A stretch of 64,000 bases of DNA, taken from positions 31,868,001-31,932,000 of the forward strand of contig OZ024746.1 of the NCBI GenBank assembly GCA_964016885.1, given 5' to 3'. This document shows positions 1 through 29,111 of the stretch, piece after piece. Each line of letters opens with the position of its first letter. The stretch's first letter is position 1. A program made the position numbers and the translations under genes. Below the pieces are notes generated by a model. The model saw only the letters and a program-made list of their open reading frames with translations, had not been told where the DNA came from and searched no databases. This DNA is from Eledone cirrhosa. Its lineage: Eukaryota.

Positions 1-385
1 TGTATTACCCGTATAGAAAGCCGAATGATACGCTTAATTACATAAGTAAGCATTCCAACCATCCTGCCAGCATAACCAAGAACCTGGTAAGAAACGTTTC
101 GTTGAGGCTTTCCCGTCTTTCCACCAACGAGCGTATTTTCAACGACCATTCCACTTATTACAATGAAGCTCTTGCTCGAAGTGGATTTGTCGATAAGGTA
201 GCATATACAGAGTACGAAAATAGACCTAGAAGAAATAGATCCCGCCGCATTTGTTGGTATAACCTACCATATAATATGGAGGTGGCCACACCATTAGCTA
301 AGATCTTTCTTTCCCTTATTACGAAGCATTTTCCCCCTACACATAAATATAGTAAAATTTTTAATAGAAATACTATTAAAATTAT
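1..385 (+). mobile_element. Penelope-like retroelement fragment (RT thumb/linker), truncated by (TA)n
   Basis: Frame 3 reads YPYRKPNDTLNYISKHSNHPASITKNL...WYNLPYN...KHFPPTHKYSKIFNRNTIK. YRKP..SNHP and KHFP..KIFNRNT are PLE motifs. Confidence 0.85.
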
Positions 386-413
386 ATATATATATAATCT
401 GTTATTTTAATAA

Positions 414-494
<81 letters not shown>

Positions 495-729
495 GCGGAC
501 GTAAATGCTTTAATTTATATTTTTAATTATTGTGTCTATAGTCTGCCTTTCCATATAGATTCCATACACTGGTGGTTTTTTCCCTGTTTTATTGATAGCG
601 CACTATATATCTCTCTCTGGTGTGTTACCTTTTCAACATATTGTATTTTAAAGAGCTCAGGATTTCTTCTCTTTGAGCACATTATTTACAGGGAATGGCG
701 AGGGCCTATGGCTCCGTTAATTTATCGTG

Positions 730-806
<77 letters not shown>

Positions 807-1234
807 ACAACTAGAAATTAATTAACATATAAATAAACATATGAAACAATCACAGGGGATAATTTTTACAAGTGTGTAAGCACACATAGCTAGGTAGGTA
901 ACTAAGTTAACTAGAACTTCAAAAATAGATACCTTATAATATGATTAATCTTCCCTGTATATATTCCATTAAAGAAATATATTTCACCAATTAATCGAAT
1001 AGTAAACCACGGAGGCTGATACTTGGATTTTCAACAAGGTAGAAGTCCAGCCATCTGTGTTTACGCATTAAGTTCAAATCACCGACTGGCCAGTAACACT
1101 TGCTGTATCTACTAAAAATACACACATCATACCAGCTTCGACCCAGTGGTGTGAATAGGGTTATCGACAACTAGAAACAGCAGTCAAGTCCTTTCAACAG
1201 AGTTAGCTCTACAATTAAGGAGCCGTATTTATAT

Positions 1235-1446
1235 CCAAAATTAAGATAAATCAAAGTAAATTTAATCTAAATCAAAATTATGGGTGTCATGCCAGAAAGG
1301 CATGCGCCATTCTAGTTGTTATAAAATGCTCGGACCTATTCATTAGAATCTTGGAGCTTATTTTACGGGTGATATGGCGCATGCCTTTCTGGCATGACAC
1401 CCATAATTTGGATTTAGATTAAATTTACTTTGATTTATCTTAATTT

Positions 1447-1448
<2 letters not shown>
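1235..1448. repeat. Inverted repeat, ~74-bp arms, ~62-nt spacer
   Basis: 1236-1310 (caaaattaag...ggcatgcgccat) is the near-perfect reverse complement of 1374-1448; abuts (TA)n. Confidence 0.85.
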
Positions 1449-1519
<71 letters not shown>

Positions 1520-1711
1520 CACCCTTACTCTGTAGTAAAATTGTCATGTTGGTATCTCACGACCCTATATATATACACCACAACACTATATATATACCTT
1601 ACAACATTATATATACACCATAGTACTATATATATACATCACCAGCTGACACAAAATTCTCCAGGTGCAAATCCATGGTCTTTCGAAGCCGATGGATGCC
1701 AATAATAATGC

Positions 1712-2900
1712 TATATATACACACCACAACACTACATATACACCACAATGTATATACACAATATACACACCACAACACTACATATACACCACAATGTATA
1801 TACACAATATACACACCACAACACTACATATATACCACAATGTATATACACAATATACACACCACAACACTACATATACACCACAATGTATATACACAAT
1901 ATACACACCACAACACTACATATACACCACAATGTATATACACAATATACACACCACAACACTACATATACACCACAATGTATATACACAATATACACAC
2001 TACAACACTACATATACACCACAATGTATATACACAATATACACACCACAACACTACATATACACCACAATGTATATATACACAATATACACACCACAAC
2101 ACTACATATACACCACAATGTATATACACAATATACACACCACAACACTACATATACACCACAATGTATATACACAATATACACACCACAACACTACATA
2201 TACACCACAATGTATATACACAATATACACACCACAACACTACATATATACCACAATGTATATACACAATATACACACCACAACACTACATATACACCAC
2301 AATGTATATACACAATATACACACCACAACACTACATATATACCACAATGTATATACACAATATACACACCACAACACTACATATACACCACAATGTATA
2401 TACACAATATACACACCACAACACTACATATATACCACAATGTATATACACAATATACACACCACAACACTACATATACACCACAATGTATATACACAAT
2501 ATACACACCACAACACTACATATACACCACAATGTATATACACAATATACACACCACAACACTACATATACACCACAATGTATATACACAATATACACAC
2601 CACAACACTACATATATACCACAATGTATATACACAATATACACACCACAACACTACATATACACCACAATGTATATACACAATATACACACCACAACAC
2701 TACATATACACCACAATGTATATACACAATATACACACCACAACACTACATATACACCACAATGTATATACACAATATACACATCACAACACTATATTTA
2801 CACCACAATGTATATACACAATATACACACCACAACACTACATATACACCACAATGTATATACACAATATACACATCACAACACTATATTTACACCGCAC
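1712..2900. repeat. 46-bp minisatellite, ~26 copies
   Basis: Unit cacaatgtatatacacaatatacacaccacaacactacatatacac; period 46 (ATG at 1748 and 1794). Confidence 0.97.
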
Positions 2901-3339
2901 CACCATATATATATATCGTCTAACCCATGCTAGTGTGGAAAAATGGATGTTAAATGGTGGTGATCACGATGATGATGATATCATAACACTTGTGTTGAAA
3001 TCCCTGAGTGATGTTACAACCATTCAAAATATTCAGCTTCACACCAGATAAAATACAGAATCATAACTCGGCTTCTTTTGACAAATAAACTCTCGTGAAA
3101 ATATCAATATGTTTATTAATATCAATATATATAGCTTTGTTGTGAAAATATCAATATGTTTATTAATATCAATATATATAGCTTTGTTGTGAAAATATCA
3201 ATATGTTTATTAATATCAATATATATAGCTTTGTTGTGGAAATATCGATATGTTTATTAATATCAATATATATAGCTTTGTTGTGAAAATATCAATATGT
3301 TTATTAATATCAATATATATAGCTTTGTTGTGGAAATGT

Positions 3340-3704
3340 CGAATATAAACACACACAGACACCTGGATGTAACACATGCACAAACTAAGCACACAACACA
3401 CACAAAAACAAGATGGCGTAGGACAGAACAAAGGAGAGGCACAAAAAACAAAGAAAAGAATCCCCAGTCACTGAAGAGGTCACAGAATGTGTGACGAAAG
3501 AACTTTGACAATATATAAACAACCATCTGGTTGTGGAACCAACCAACCAACTGGAAATTTATAAATTTATTATAATAAATTGAAGTGAAAGCAACTGGTG
3601 CGTGTGTTTCTTATTGGCAACATGACCCTCCCAAAGTATAACAATATCGGTTTCAACACACGTTTTCAGATAAAGAATCTTGCTAAACAAATTCAGAAAC
3701 GAAA
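3340..3704 (+). mobile_element. Solo Penelope-like pseudo-LTR (3' terminal repeat)
   Basis: Highly similar to 62459-62838, the 3' end of a Penelope ORF; its 3' end joins a TA run of the minisatellite. Confidence 0.9.
3467..3509 (+). ncRNA. Minimal type I hammerhead ribozyme in the pLTR
   Basis: gtca-CTGAAGA-g-gtcaca/tgtgac-GAAA-g-aa-c-T-T-tgac. Confidence 0.7.
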
Positions 3705-4675
3705 TATATATAGCTTTGTTGTGGAAATATCGATATGTTTATTAATATCAATATATATAGCTTTGTTGTGAAAATATCAATATGTTTATTAATATCAATA
3801 TATATAGCTTTGTTGTGAAAATATCAATATGTTTATTAATATCAATATATATAGCTTTGTTGTGGAAATATCGATATGTTTATTAATATCAATATATAGC
3901 TTTGTTGTGGAAATATCAATATGTTTATTAATATCAATATATATAGCTTTGTTGTGGAAATATCAATATGTTTATTAATATCAATATATATATAGCTTTG
4001 TTGTGGAAATATCTATATGTTTATTAATATCAATATATATAGCTTTGTTGTGGAAATATCAATATGTTTATTAATATCAATATATAGCTTTGTTGTGGAA
4101 ATATCAATATGTTTATTAATATCAATATATATAGCTTTGTTGTGGAAATATCAATATGTTTATTAATATCAATATATATATAGCTTTGTTGTGGAAATAT
4201 CTATATGTTTATTAATATCAATATATAGCTTTGTTGTGGAAATATCAATATGTTTATTAATATCAATATATATAGCTTTGTTGTGGAAATATCAATATGT
4301 TTATTAATATCAATATATAGCTTTGTTGTGGAAATATCTATATGTTTATTAATATCAATATATATAGCTTTGTTGTGGAAATATCAATATGTTTATTAAT
4401 ATCAATATATAGCTTTGTTGTGGAAATATCAATATGTTTATTAATATCAATATATAGCTTTGTTGTGGAAATATCAATATGTTTATTAATATCAATATAT
4501 ATAGCTTTGTTGTGGAAATATCAATATGTTTATTAATATCAATATATATAGCTTTGTTGTGGAAATATCAATATGTTTATTAATATCAATATATATAGCT
4601 TTGTTGTGGAAATATCAATATGTTTATTAATATCAATATATATATAGCTTTGTTGTGGAAATATCTATGTTTCAG

Positions 4676-20696
<16,021 letters not shown>

Positions 20697-20874
20697 GACA
20701 TTCAATCAATTTAAACATTGTAAAAGAAATGACATCAATGTAAAAAGTTGTAACCAGAAACACACAAACATAAGAGGGAATGACGAAGGAGAATTATATT
20801 TTGGTTATTTTTATTTCTGTGACAGAAGAAAAATTCTATTTTTTCTGTCATAATTAAATCAGAACACTTCAATT

Positions 20875-20880
20875 AATAAA
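20875..20880 (+). terminator. Candidate polyadenylation signal of the mucin-like gene
   Basis: AATAAA ~180 nt after the stop; a second one at ~20939. Confidence 0.55.
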
Positions 20881-20965
20881 ATCTATTTAAAAATTTGAAT
20901 GGGCTCATGGGATTCTAATTAATGAAATATGTTTAACAAATAAAATGTGGATTTATTAACCATTA

Positions 20966-21244
20966 TCTCTATATCTAAAACAGAGAATATCTGTTTGTCT
21001 GTCTGTCTGACTGACTCCCTAAAACTCGAGAACCTCCCAACCGATTGTTTTCAAACTTTACACATGTAATACTTATGGTCCTGTGAGTGTTTTGAGAAAA
21101 ATAAATTTCAAATTTTCAATGCCCTAGGGACCGCATTAGGCGATTTAGCGTTCTTTCTCTATAATTCTTAGTCTTTCTTTTTAGATAGATACATAGATAT
21201 AACGTTGCGCCCTTATAATATCTATCTGTATGTCTGTATTACGC

Positions 21245-21323
<79 letters not shown>

Positions 21324-21468
21324 ATATATAGTGTGTGTATATATATATATATAGTGTGTAACGTTTTTCGAAATATTTACTTCTGCACTCAAAGATTGAT
21401 TTTTTTAGTGTCAGAAGATCCCGTTAAGGGAGAAAGCAGCGATTCTTTGCTTAAACTTTAATCTGTTA

Positions 21469-21530
<62 letters not shown>

Positions 21531-21679
21531 TATATTCGTGTACATATATTTTTGCATACACAATAACAAAATATAAACAAACGTATTTATTTCACGAGGC
21601 TCGTCGATAAGGATAAATATATATCAAATATATAAGAACCCTAGAGCAAATCACGAGCAACGCCAGGCCATTCTGCTAG
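20966..21679 (+). mobile_element. Non-autonomous Helitron-like element
   Basis: A|TCTCTATATCTAAAA start with (GTCT)n; GC-rich subterminal cgagcaacgccaggc; CTAG|T end; no TSD. Confidence 0.65.
21407..21457 (+). ncRNA. Hammerhead-like motif with variant core CAGAAGA
   Basis: agtgt-CAGAAGA-tccc/ggga-GAAA-gca...tgc-T-T-aaact; homolog at 25867-25917 (-). Confidence 0.55.
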
Positions 21680-21933
21680 TTAACTACTAAATTAATATTT
21701 GAAGATTTATTAATTAAGGATATAAATATATTATCACTAACAAGTATCAGTTTGGTCTTAGCTAATTCACTACTAGGGATCATCCATGGTTAACTATGTG
21801 TGTGTGTGTGTGTGTGTATGTGTATAGTGGTGGACCAAATTCCTTCTAGTGACGCTGATAGATTACAGAGAGATTCTAACTCAGAATACAAAGAGCCAAG
21901 AAAAATACCACAAGGTGTCCCATAGGTTTGCAG

Positions 21934-22033
<100 letters not shown>

Positions 22034-22875
22034 TACATTACTTTCTGAGTTAGGTAAATAAAGTACTAGCGAAATACTGGAGTCAATTGTTTCTCCTCCC
22101 ACCCCTTTCTCTCTGGAAAATATAAGCTGTTTTTAGACCTGGAGGGAGATGAACTCTGCCAGGTTTAAATGTGCAACATATACCTCATGCCATGTTTGTA
22201 GAATAGTGAGCCTGTACATGACCGATTGCTCTGTAACTATTCACTTAATCGCATACTACCGTATTTAAAAGAGGTCCATTGAATACTGTAGTCCAATGCT
22301 AAATTATATCTATAAATAAATAATTAACAAAAAAACATGATTGTCTCAACTGGATTTACTATGTTTATAGATAAGCTCGATCGGGTCAGCCTAGTGCTAA
22401 ACAACAACTATCAAATAATTGTTTATTAACCAAACTAAAGCCTCATATGTATGTCCCTTCGAAATAAAGACAGAGTAATGTCCCTTGGTAATGAAGATAC
22501 AGTTATGTCCCTTCCTGAGAAAATCGTATGCTTGTTATGTTTAAATTTCAACGGGCAGAAACACTTACTTGAAGTAGTTTCTTTGCTGAAAACCTGCTGT
22601 TCAGCTTTCCTTATATACATATAAATATAACCTTTCTGTATTTATCGTTGTGGTATATGTATGACCACTACCATCGGTCGTTTTCCTTGGTGTCACACTT
22701 TTTAACTGTTGTGTTTACTCTGGACGATAATGTATTAACTTCTCGCTCCATTAAGTGCTTTGTATTTGCCTCAAACAATTCGAATAGTACCTGCTATAAG
22801 ACAGCTACAACTTTAGTTTATACAATATATATATCACAACAACAATAAATACAAATATGTCGAAAGCTATATATA

Positions 22876-23386
22876 ATACACGTGGTTAATACCTAACAGG
22901 TTTAATTGACCAGCGTGTATATTGTTTTATTTTAAGATGACCTCCCTTTACCCTTTTGGGGACAGCGTGTATTTTTTCTTTGAGAGAACTGCTGGATTCT
23001 AATCTACCAGTCTCTTCTTAGCGCCGAGAGAGACCATCACCATTCAGTTAATGTCGATATAATTATTATATCGTTATTGACTGGGCATCTACTGATGAGT
23101 TTATAAGAGCCCGCTTGTGTATAAAACTATGGATTATATACAAGTTTCTACATAACCTGGAAATTATTTATCTCAAATTGTAGAAATCTTATAACGAAAC
23201 GGCCGTCTGGAAGAAATGAGATATTTATTTAATAATGTCTCATATAAAATAATACAACCAATTATCCACGAAATACTGATTAGTTAGCACCCCAAACACT
23301 AAATTTGGATAATACTTAAGTATATCCTAATGTTTGTTGAGTGAGATGGAGTTGGTCGGAGTATCGCTTAAGGCTTTCTCTGTTTA
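22876..23386 (+). mobile_element. Non-coding hammerhead-bearing repeat element
   Basis: Diverged homolog on the minus strand at ~57960-58470 (shared ttagcaccccaaacact, cctaatgtttgttgagtgagatgg). Confidence 0.75.
23088..23211 (+). ncRNA. Type I hammerhead ribozyme with branched stem II
   Basis: tcta-CTGATGA-gtttataaga[two hairpins]tcttataac-GAAAC-GGCC-GTC-tgga. Confidence 0.8.
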
Positions 23387-23589
23387 TATATATATAGTCT
23401 TCGACATATTTGTATTTATTGTTGTTGTGATATTAACTATGGCCAAATACATTTGGTTGCTTTTTTCTTGGTATCACACTTTAACTTTTTGTGTTTACTC
23501 TGGACGAATATGTGTTAACTTTTCACACCATTGATTGCTTTCTGACTGTCCTTAAACTATTCCATTGGTATCTGCTATACTGCGGCTAC

Positions 23590-23920
23590 ATTGGCAGTAT
23601 CGGTAGAGGGTCAGACGCCATGCTTTCCAGCATAGTTACGTCCCTTTACGATCTGAGTTCAAATCCCGCCGAGGTTGACTTTGCCTTTCATCCTTACGGG
23701 GTCGATAAAATAAAGTACCAGTAATGCACTGAGTAATTTGCTGGCCTTGTGCCTAAAGTAGAAACAATTATTATTAGCCGAGGTTAGCTTTCCATTTCAT
23801 CCTTACGGGACGATAAAATAAAGCGCCAGTAATGCAGTGGGCGTCAATTTAATCGACTTTCCCTTCCCCCCAAAATTGCTGGCCTTGTGCCTATAGTAGA
23901 AATCATTATTATTATTATTA
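23590..23920 (+). mobile_element. SINE family A, full copy plus partial tandem copy
   Basis: Core sequence present twice. Confidence 0.85.
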
Positions 23921-24300
23921 CAAGTGTGTTTACACATCATTGTGTTATGGTAAGTCTAGAATACACTTCGTATCTGAATGTTTACTGCTGTGTCGCTTCG
24001 TTGAATACAACTGGTAGATAAGTGATGAAGAGTGACCTCCCCTTCTGAAGTATATGGTAACATCAGGTGGTAGTTTTTGATAAAAAGAATTTTAAAACTT
24101 GATTAAAATTCAGATCTCTTTATGAATTTAAAATAAATTAAACAGAACATGTTAGAAATAATAAATTATATAATGTATGAGGAATTAAAATGCACAATAT
24201 ATAGGGAATAATTAAATGTGTGTATAATATATTATATCTATATCAATGGATGTTGATTAGTAAAATATGTATATTAAGTGTGAAGTTTGTAACTGAAGTT

Positions 24301-24491
24301 ATCGCTTCTCGGCCTTTTGGCTAAGATCAAAGTGTAGTATCTGTTCTTATCAGCTTAATATCTGATACGATCCCTATATGGGATCATCGATATTAAACTG
24401 ATTTTTGGAATCAGGTGAAGTGTCAGGGGCTTGCTCCGCCTTTACCGCGGGTTGGCCTGGTATTGCAGTACTTCGAGGTTTCAGCCCATCT
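24301..24491 (+). ncRNA. U2: U2 spliceosomal snRNA, full length
   Basis: ATCGCTTCTCGGCCTTTTGGCTAAGATCAAAGTGTAGTATCTGTTCTTATCAG 5' end with branch-pairing GTAGTA; stem IIb gatccc/gggatc; Sm site ATTTTTG (24401-24407); loop IV ATTGCAGT. No polyA or TSD seen. Confidence 0.96.
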
Positions 24492-24537
24492 CCCATTAGG
24501 GAGATAAAAATAAATCTAAAATCAGACCTATTTCCTT

Positions 24538-24835
24538 GTGGATTGACAGTATAGGTAGAAGGTCGGGTTCCATGCTTAGACGCATAGAGTTACGGCCCCT
24601 ACCATTCTGAGTTCCCACCGAGATTAACTTTATCCTTGCGGAGTCGATAAAATAAAGTACCAGTAATGCACTGAGTGTGGCTGGCCTTGTGCCTAAAAGT
24701 AGAAACAATTATTATACCGTTTTAGATTCGTTGAGCGTCGAGCTTGCTTTGCGGCCTTTTACGATCTGAGTTCAAATTCTTATGGGGTCGATTTAATCGA
24801 CTTTCTTCTCCAAAATTGTTGGCCTTGTGTCTAAA
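24538..24835 (+). mobile_element. SINE family A, two degenerate copies
   Basis: gtcgataaaataaagtaccagtaatgcac core. Confidence 0.75.
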
Positions 24836-25643
24836 TATGGCGGTCACTATACTTTACTCATGATGCTCCTGCAGATCGTTTACGCACTCTGGAAGTGCCA
24901 AAGTCATCGAGGGGTTGATGTAACGGCGGTTGTCCATTGCCCCGGGATCCCATCTGGTACAGAGGCAGCGGTCACGATGCAATCACGCCATCCGACACCA
25001 ATCTCTACTGTCCTTTATTTAGTTCACTTAAGAGGTTTTGGCAGTTCCACGACGCTAGCACCCTAAACCATACACGCAGACCTCGGACCCATACCTCATG
25101 TCTGTTCGTGGTCATGTCTCATCATTGTGGTTATTTAATTGTCAAATCTCTTTCGTCACACATTCTGTTACTTCAATGATTATTTTGATTTTGTTTTCTC
25201 TTTACTCCATCTTGCCTTTCTGTCAGATTCTAGTAATCGAACATACGACCTTATAATTATAAGTCCAGCACTGTAATCACTAGGACACACACCTTAGTAT
25301 GTTATTATTGTTAGCTGATAAAGTACCAGTAATGTACTGATTTATTGCTGGCCTTGTGCCTAAAGTAGAAACAGTTATTATTGTTAGCTGATATCTAAAA
25401 AGAACTCCTTAACCAACATCGTGTTGCTGCTACATACTTGACTAGATAAACACACGACTTTACATTCCACAAATATTAAACAAATAAAACATCTCTCTCT
25501 CGTTTTCCGCTGTGCTCTCTACCTCTCACTATATAATATATATATGCCTGTCTCTTTCGATCTCTCTTTTTTTTCTAACCCTCTCTCACCACTCTTCCCG
25601 TGTCTGATTGAAGGTTAAACTACTTACCAGTTAACACACACAC

Positions 25644-25674
<31 letters not shown>

Positions 25675-25730
25675 CGTGTATATATATATATATATATATA
25701 TAATGTATAAAAATCAATACAATATAATTA

Positions 25731-25800
25731 CCTCATTACCAGAGGTTTCCCGAATGAGGCGAATACGAAAGAAACATCTTCATTCGTTCGTCAGACGAGG
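25731..25800 (-). ncRNA. Type I hammerhead ribozyme between (TA)n tracts
   Basis: cctcgt-CTGACGA-a-cgaatga/tcattcg-g-GAAACC-tct-GGTA-atgagg. Confidence 0.75.
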
Positions 25801-25850
<50 letters not shown>

Positions 25851-25866
25851 TAAAATAACAGATTAA

Positions 25867-25917
25867 AGTTTAAGCAAAGAATCGCTGCTTTCACCCTTAA
25901 CGGGATCTTCTGAAACT
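25867..25917 (-). ncRNA. Hammerhead-like motif with variant core CAGAAGA
   Basis: agttt-CAGAAGA-t-ccc/ggg-t-GAAA-gca...tgc-T-T-aaact; perfect stem I. Confidence 0.55.
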
Positions 25918-26676
25918 AACAAAGTCAATCTGTAAACGCAGAACTGGATATTTCAAAAAACGTTGCAACCGGAGGAAGACAGGAAGACGATACTTTGGTT
26001 CGTGGTGACGTTCGCTGGCGAAGAACGGGAAAAAAGAATAATACGTCATTAATAGGAGCGGTGAAAAACAATTACGCGCAAAGACAAAACCACGTTATGG
26101 TATAAAAGAGGTCGTAGACTAATGTTCTCTTAGGTGGTGCATAGAGACGTTCTCTGGCAATGAACGAAAAAACGAAAAATATATGCATATTAATGCATAA
26201 ATGTTCACTGACATGCATATATAGACATACATACATTCACGCGTGCATATATATATATATATATATTCACACATGTTAAAGTAATTTATCCAGGTTGTAA
26301 TCGCACTGCGGCAACATAAATCGAATTATTTGAAGCAATTCTTATATACCCAATGATGCGACAAGTGAATTGATAGGATATTAGAGGAAGCACCATGAAT
26401 AGAATGTATGCCACCTACGATAGATAACTACAACAAATACCACACACACATAATAAATGCAGATAGTAGATTGAAGTATTAAGTGGGGCCGAAACTCGAG
26501 TACGGGTATAGATTGAAGGTACCCATTTACATGTGTTATGTTAAAGCGAATAACTATGTCTACTCTGGGAGTTTACTTAACATTACCTACTGAGTACGCT
26601 GAGATGCAGCCGGTACTAGCAGTGAAACCCATGCTAGTCTCGTCAATCTATTATTACTATTATTATTATTATTATT

Positions 26677-26968
26677 AGTGGATTGGCAGTATCGGTAGAG
26701 GGTCGGACACCATGCTCTGCAGCATAGTTACGTTCCTTTACGGTCTGGGTTCAAATCCCGTCGAGGTTAACTTTGCCTTTCATCCTTAGGGGGTCGATAA
26801 AGTACCAGTAATGTACTGGATAATTGCTGGCCTTGTGCCAAAAGTAGAAACAATTATTATTCCCGCCGAGGTTGACTTTGTCTTTCATCCTTACGGGGTC
26901 GATAAAATAAAGTACCAGTAATGCACTGGATAATTGCTGGCCTTGTGCCTAAAGTAGAAACAATTATT
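26677..26968 (+). mobile_element. SINE family A, full plus partial tandem
   Basis: Head, core and tail, then a repeated core. Confidence 0.85.
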
Positions 26969-27310
26969 ATATATATATATATATATATATACAGTATATA
27001 GAGAGAAACACACAGATACATGTGGACACATACATATACATGAATATATCCACACACATCCCTGAGTTAGTGGTGCCAATCTCAACCGATGTTGCTCTAT
27101 GAATAACTGGGACAAAACAATCCGAATGGATTAGACTGATTCAGTATCAGAGCTATAAAGTACATTATGAAGAGAGAAGAAACATTAGATATAATTAGTA
27201 ATAAGATATATCATACCTAGCTGTTTCTATAGTCCCCGACTACGTAGTTTCGTGGCATATTATGCAAAAACACTAGATCATAGAGATATAGTGTCCTTGT
27301 GAGGTTCTGC

Positions 27311-27384
<74 letters not shown>

Positions 27385-28017
27385 AATGAAAGGTATAGAA
27401 AACACTGCAGCGAAAAGCCAACAACACTCCATAATATATAAGTGACTATAGCGTCAAAATGGGAAAAATAGTTAACGTAAGATGTGGGAAAAATAATTCA
27501 AACTCATCTCAAAGAGAATCAGGATATAAATTCATCCACAGAATTTAGTGAAATCCAGGGAAAAATCAATAGAGCTTTAACTCATGATAAAATAAAGTTT
27601 AAAATACTCATCCTTCAATTTGGAAAAACTTCAAATGCTCTGTATAGTCTTAAAGTCTATTTCATGAAAACTTTCAGTGGAGATGGTCACGGTTGGAATT
27701 CAATCCTCAGCAGAGCTCAACTCGATAACCAGGATTCTCACAGATTAATATGCCAAAAAGGGAATTTTAAAACGGCTAGTTCACCATCATGCGTGATTAT
27801 GAAAAATGCACATGAGGAAAGACATGGCTAGTGACGTCAGAATGAGACGAATGTTTGTTTACAAGAAACAACAGTCAAAAACATTCCGAAAAAACTCTAC
27901 AATAAGGAGTTCAGCAAAAAGCAATATTATCGCAGTTTTTTATAAAAACCGGGATTAGTCACAAATAATTTAAGCACTCTAGGAAAAAAATCCGAGTATA
28001 AATATATAAATGAAAGG

Positions 28018-28183
<166 letters not shown>

Positions 28184-28212
28184 GTATATATATATATATA
28201 TATGTATATATA

Positions 28213-28297
<85 letters not shown>

Positions 28298-29056
28298 CAA
28301 CGTTGTCAGAACTCAATGTTTCCTTGGAAGGATAATTGCAGCTAAAATCAACAGAGGGACCAATAGTTTTTGTGGAAGGTGATCACCGCCTAAGGTAACC
28401 TTGAAGAAAATCCGTCCGGGTTACAGAATCATTTACACATGTTTGTGAATAGAGCAATAATAAAAAAAAAACAGAAGTCAGGTGTAGGTAGATAGTTAGT
28501 TCATTGTTTTACGATCGTTTCAGAGGGTCGATTGATCGATGTATCGACTAGCATGGTAGTGGTTCGGTTACTACCTATTTCAAGTCATGAAATCTCTGTT
28601 CGATTGAACAACACACACACATCTGTCTCCTTGTCTGTCTTTCTGTATGTCAGTCTGTCTGTATTTTTGTCCGTGTGTCCCCTGGTCAGTCTGTTTGTCT
28701 ATCCGCCTGTTTCTTTATCTGTCTGTCTCCTTGTATGTCTGTCTCCTTGCCTATCTGTCTTTTTGTCTCCTTGTCTGGCTCTCCCCTTGTCTATTTGTCT
28801 CCTTGTTTACCTGTCTGTCTTATCCAGTCGACCAATTTCTCTTACTCTAGTGCAAATGTCCTTTCTCTCATCTCATCTATCTCTCCCCATCTTTCAGCTG
28901 TCTACACCTATAGCCAGATCCTTACATTTACAGCTATTTGCTGGCTCATTCTTGTATTTCAATCTTTTATCCCCGCTACACCTGACAGCTTGACATCTCT
29001 GGCGATCTGAGAGTCGAACAATCTGACAGTTCACACACACACACGCATATATATAT

Positions 29057-29111
<55 letters not shown>

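Larger units (their letters stand above)
3095..4675. repeat. 47-bp minisatellite, interrupted by a Penelope terminal repeat and ending at a splice acceptor
   Basis: Unit gtggaaatatcaatatgtttattaatatcaatatatatagctttgtt (45-49 bp with TA-number variation). Confidence 0.97.

Noticed and set aside
1665-3051. Three overlapping 390-460-aa His/Thr/Tyr-rich ORFs
   Set aside because: Product of a 46-bp stop-free minisatellite open in all three + frames; no splice or signal evidence.
3095-4670. CRISPR-like regular array
   Set aside because: Units are contiguous with no unique spacers, the context is eukaryotic, and there are no cas genes.
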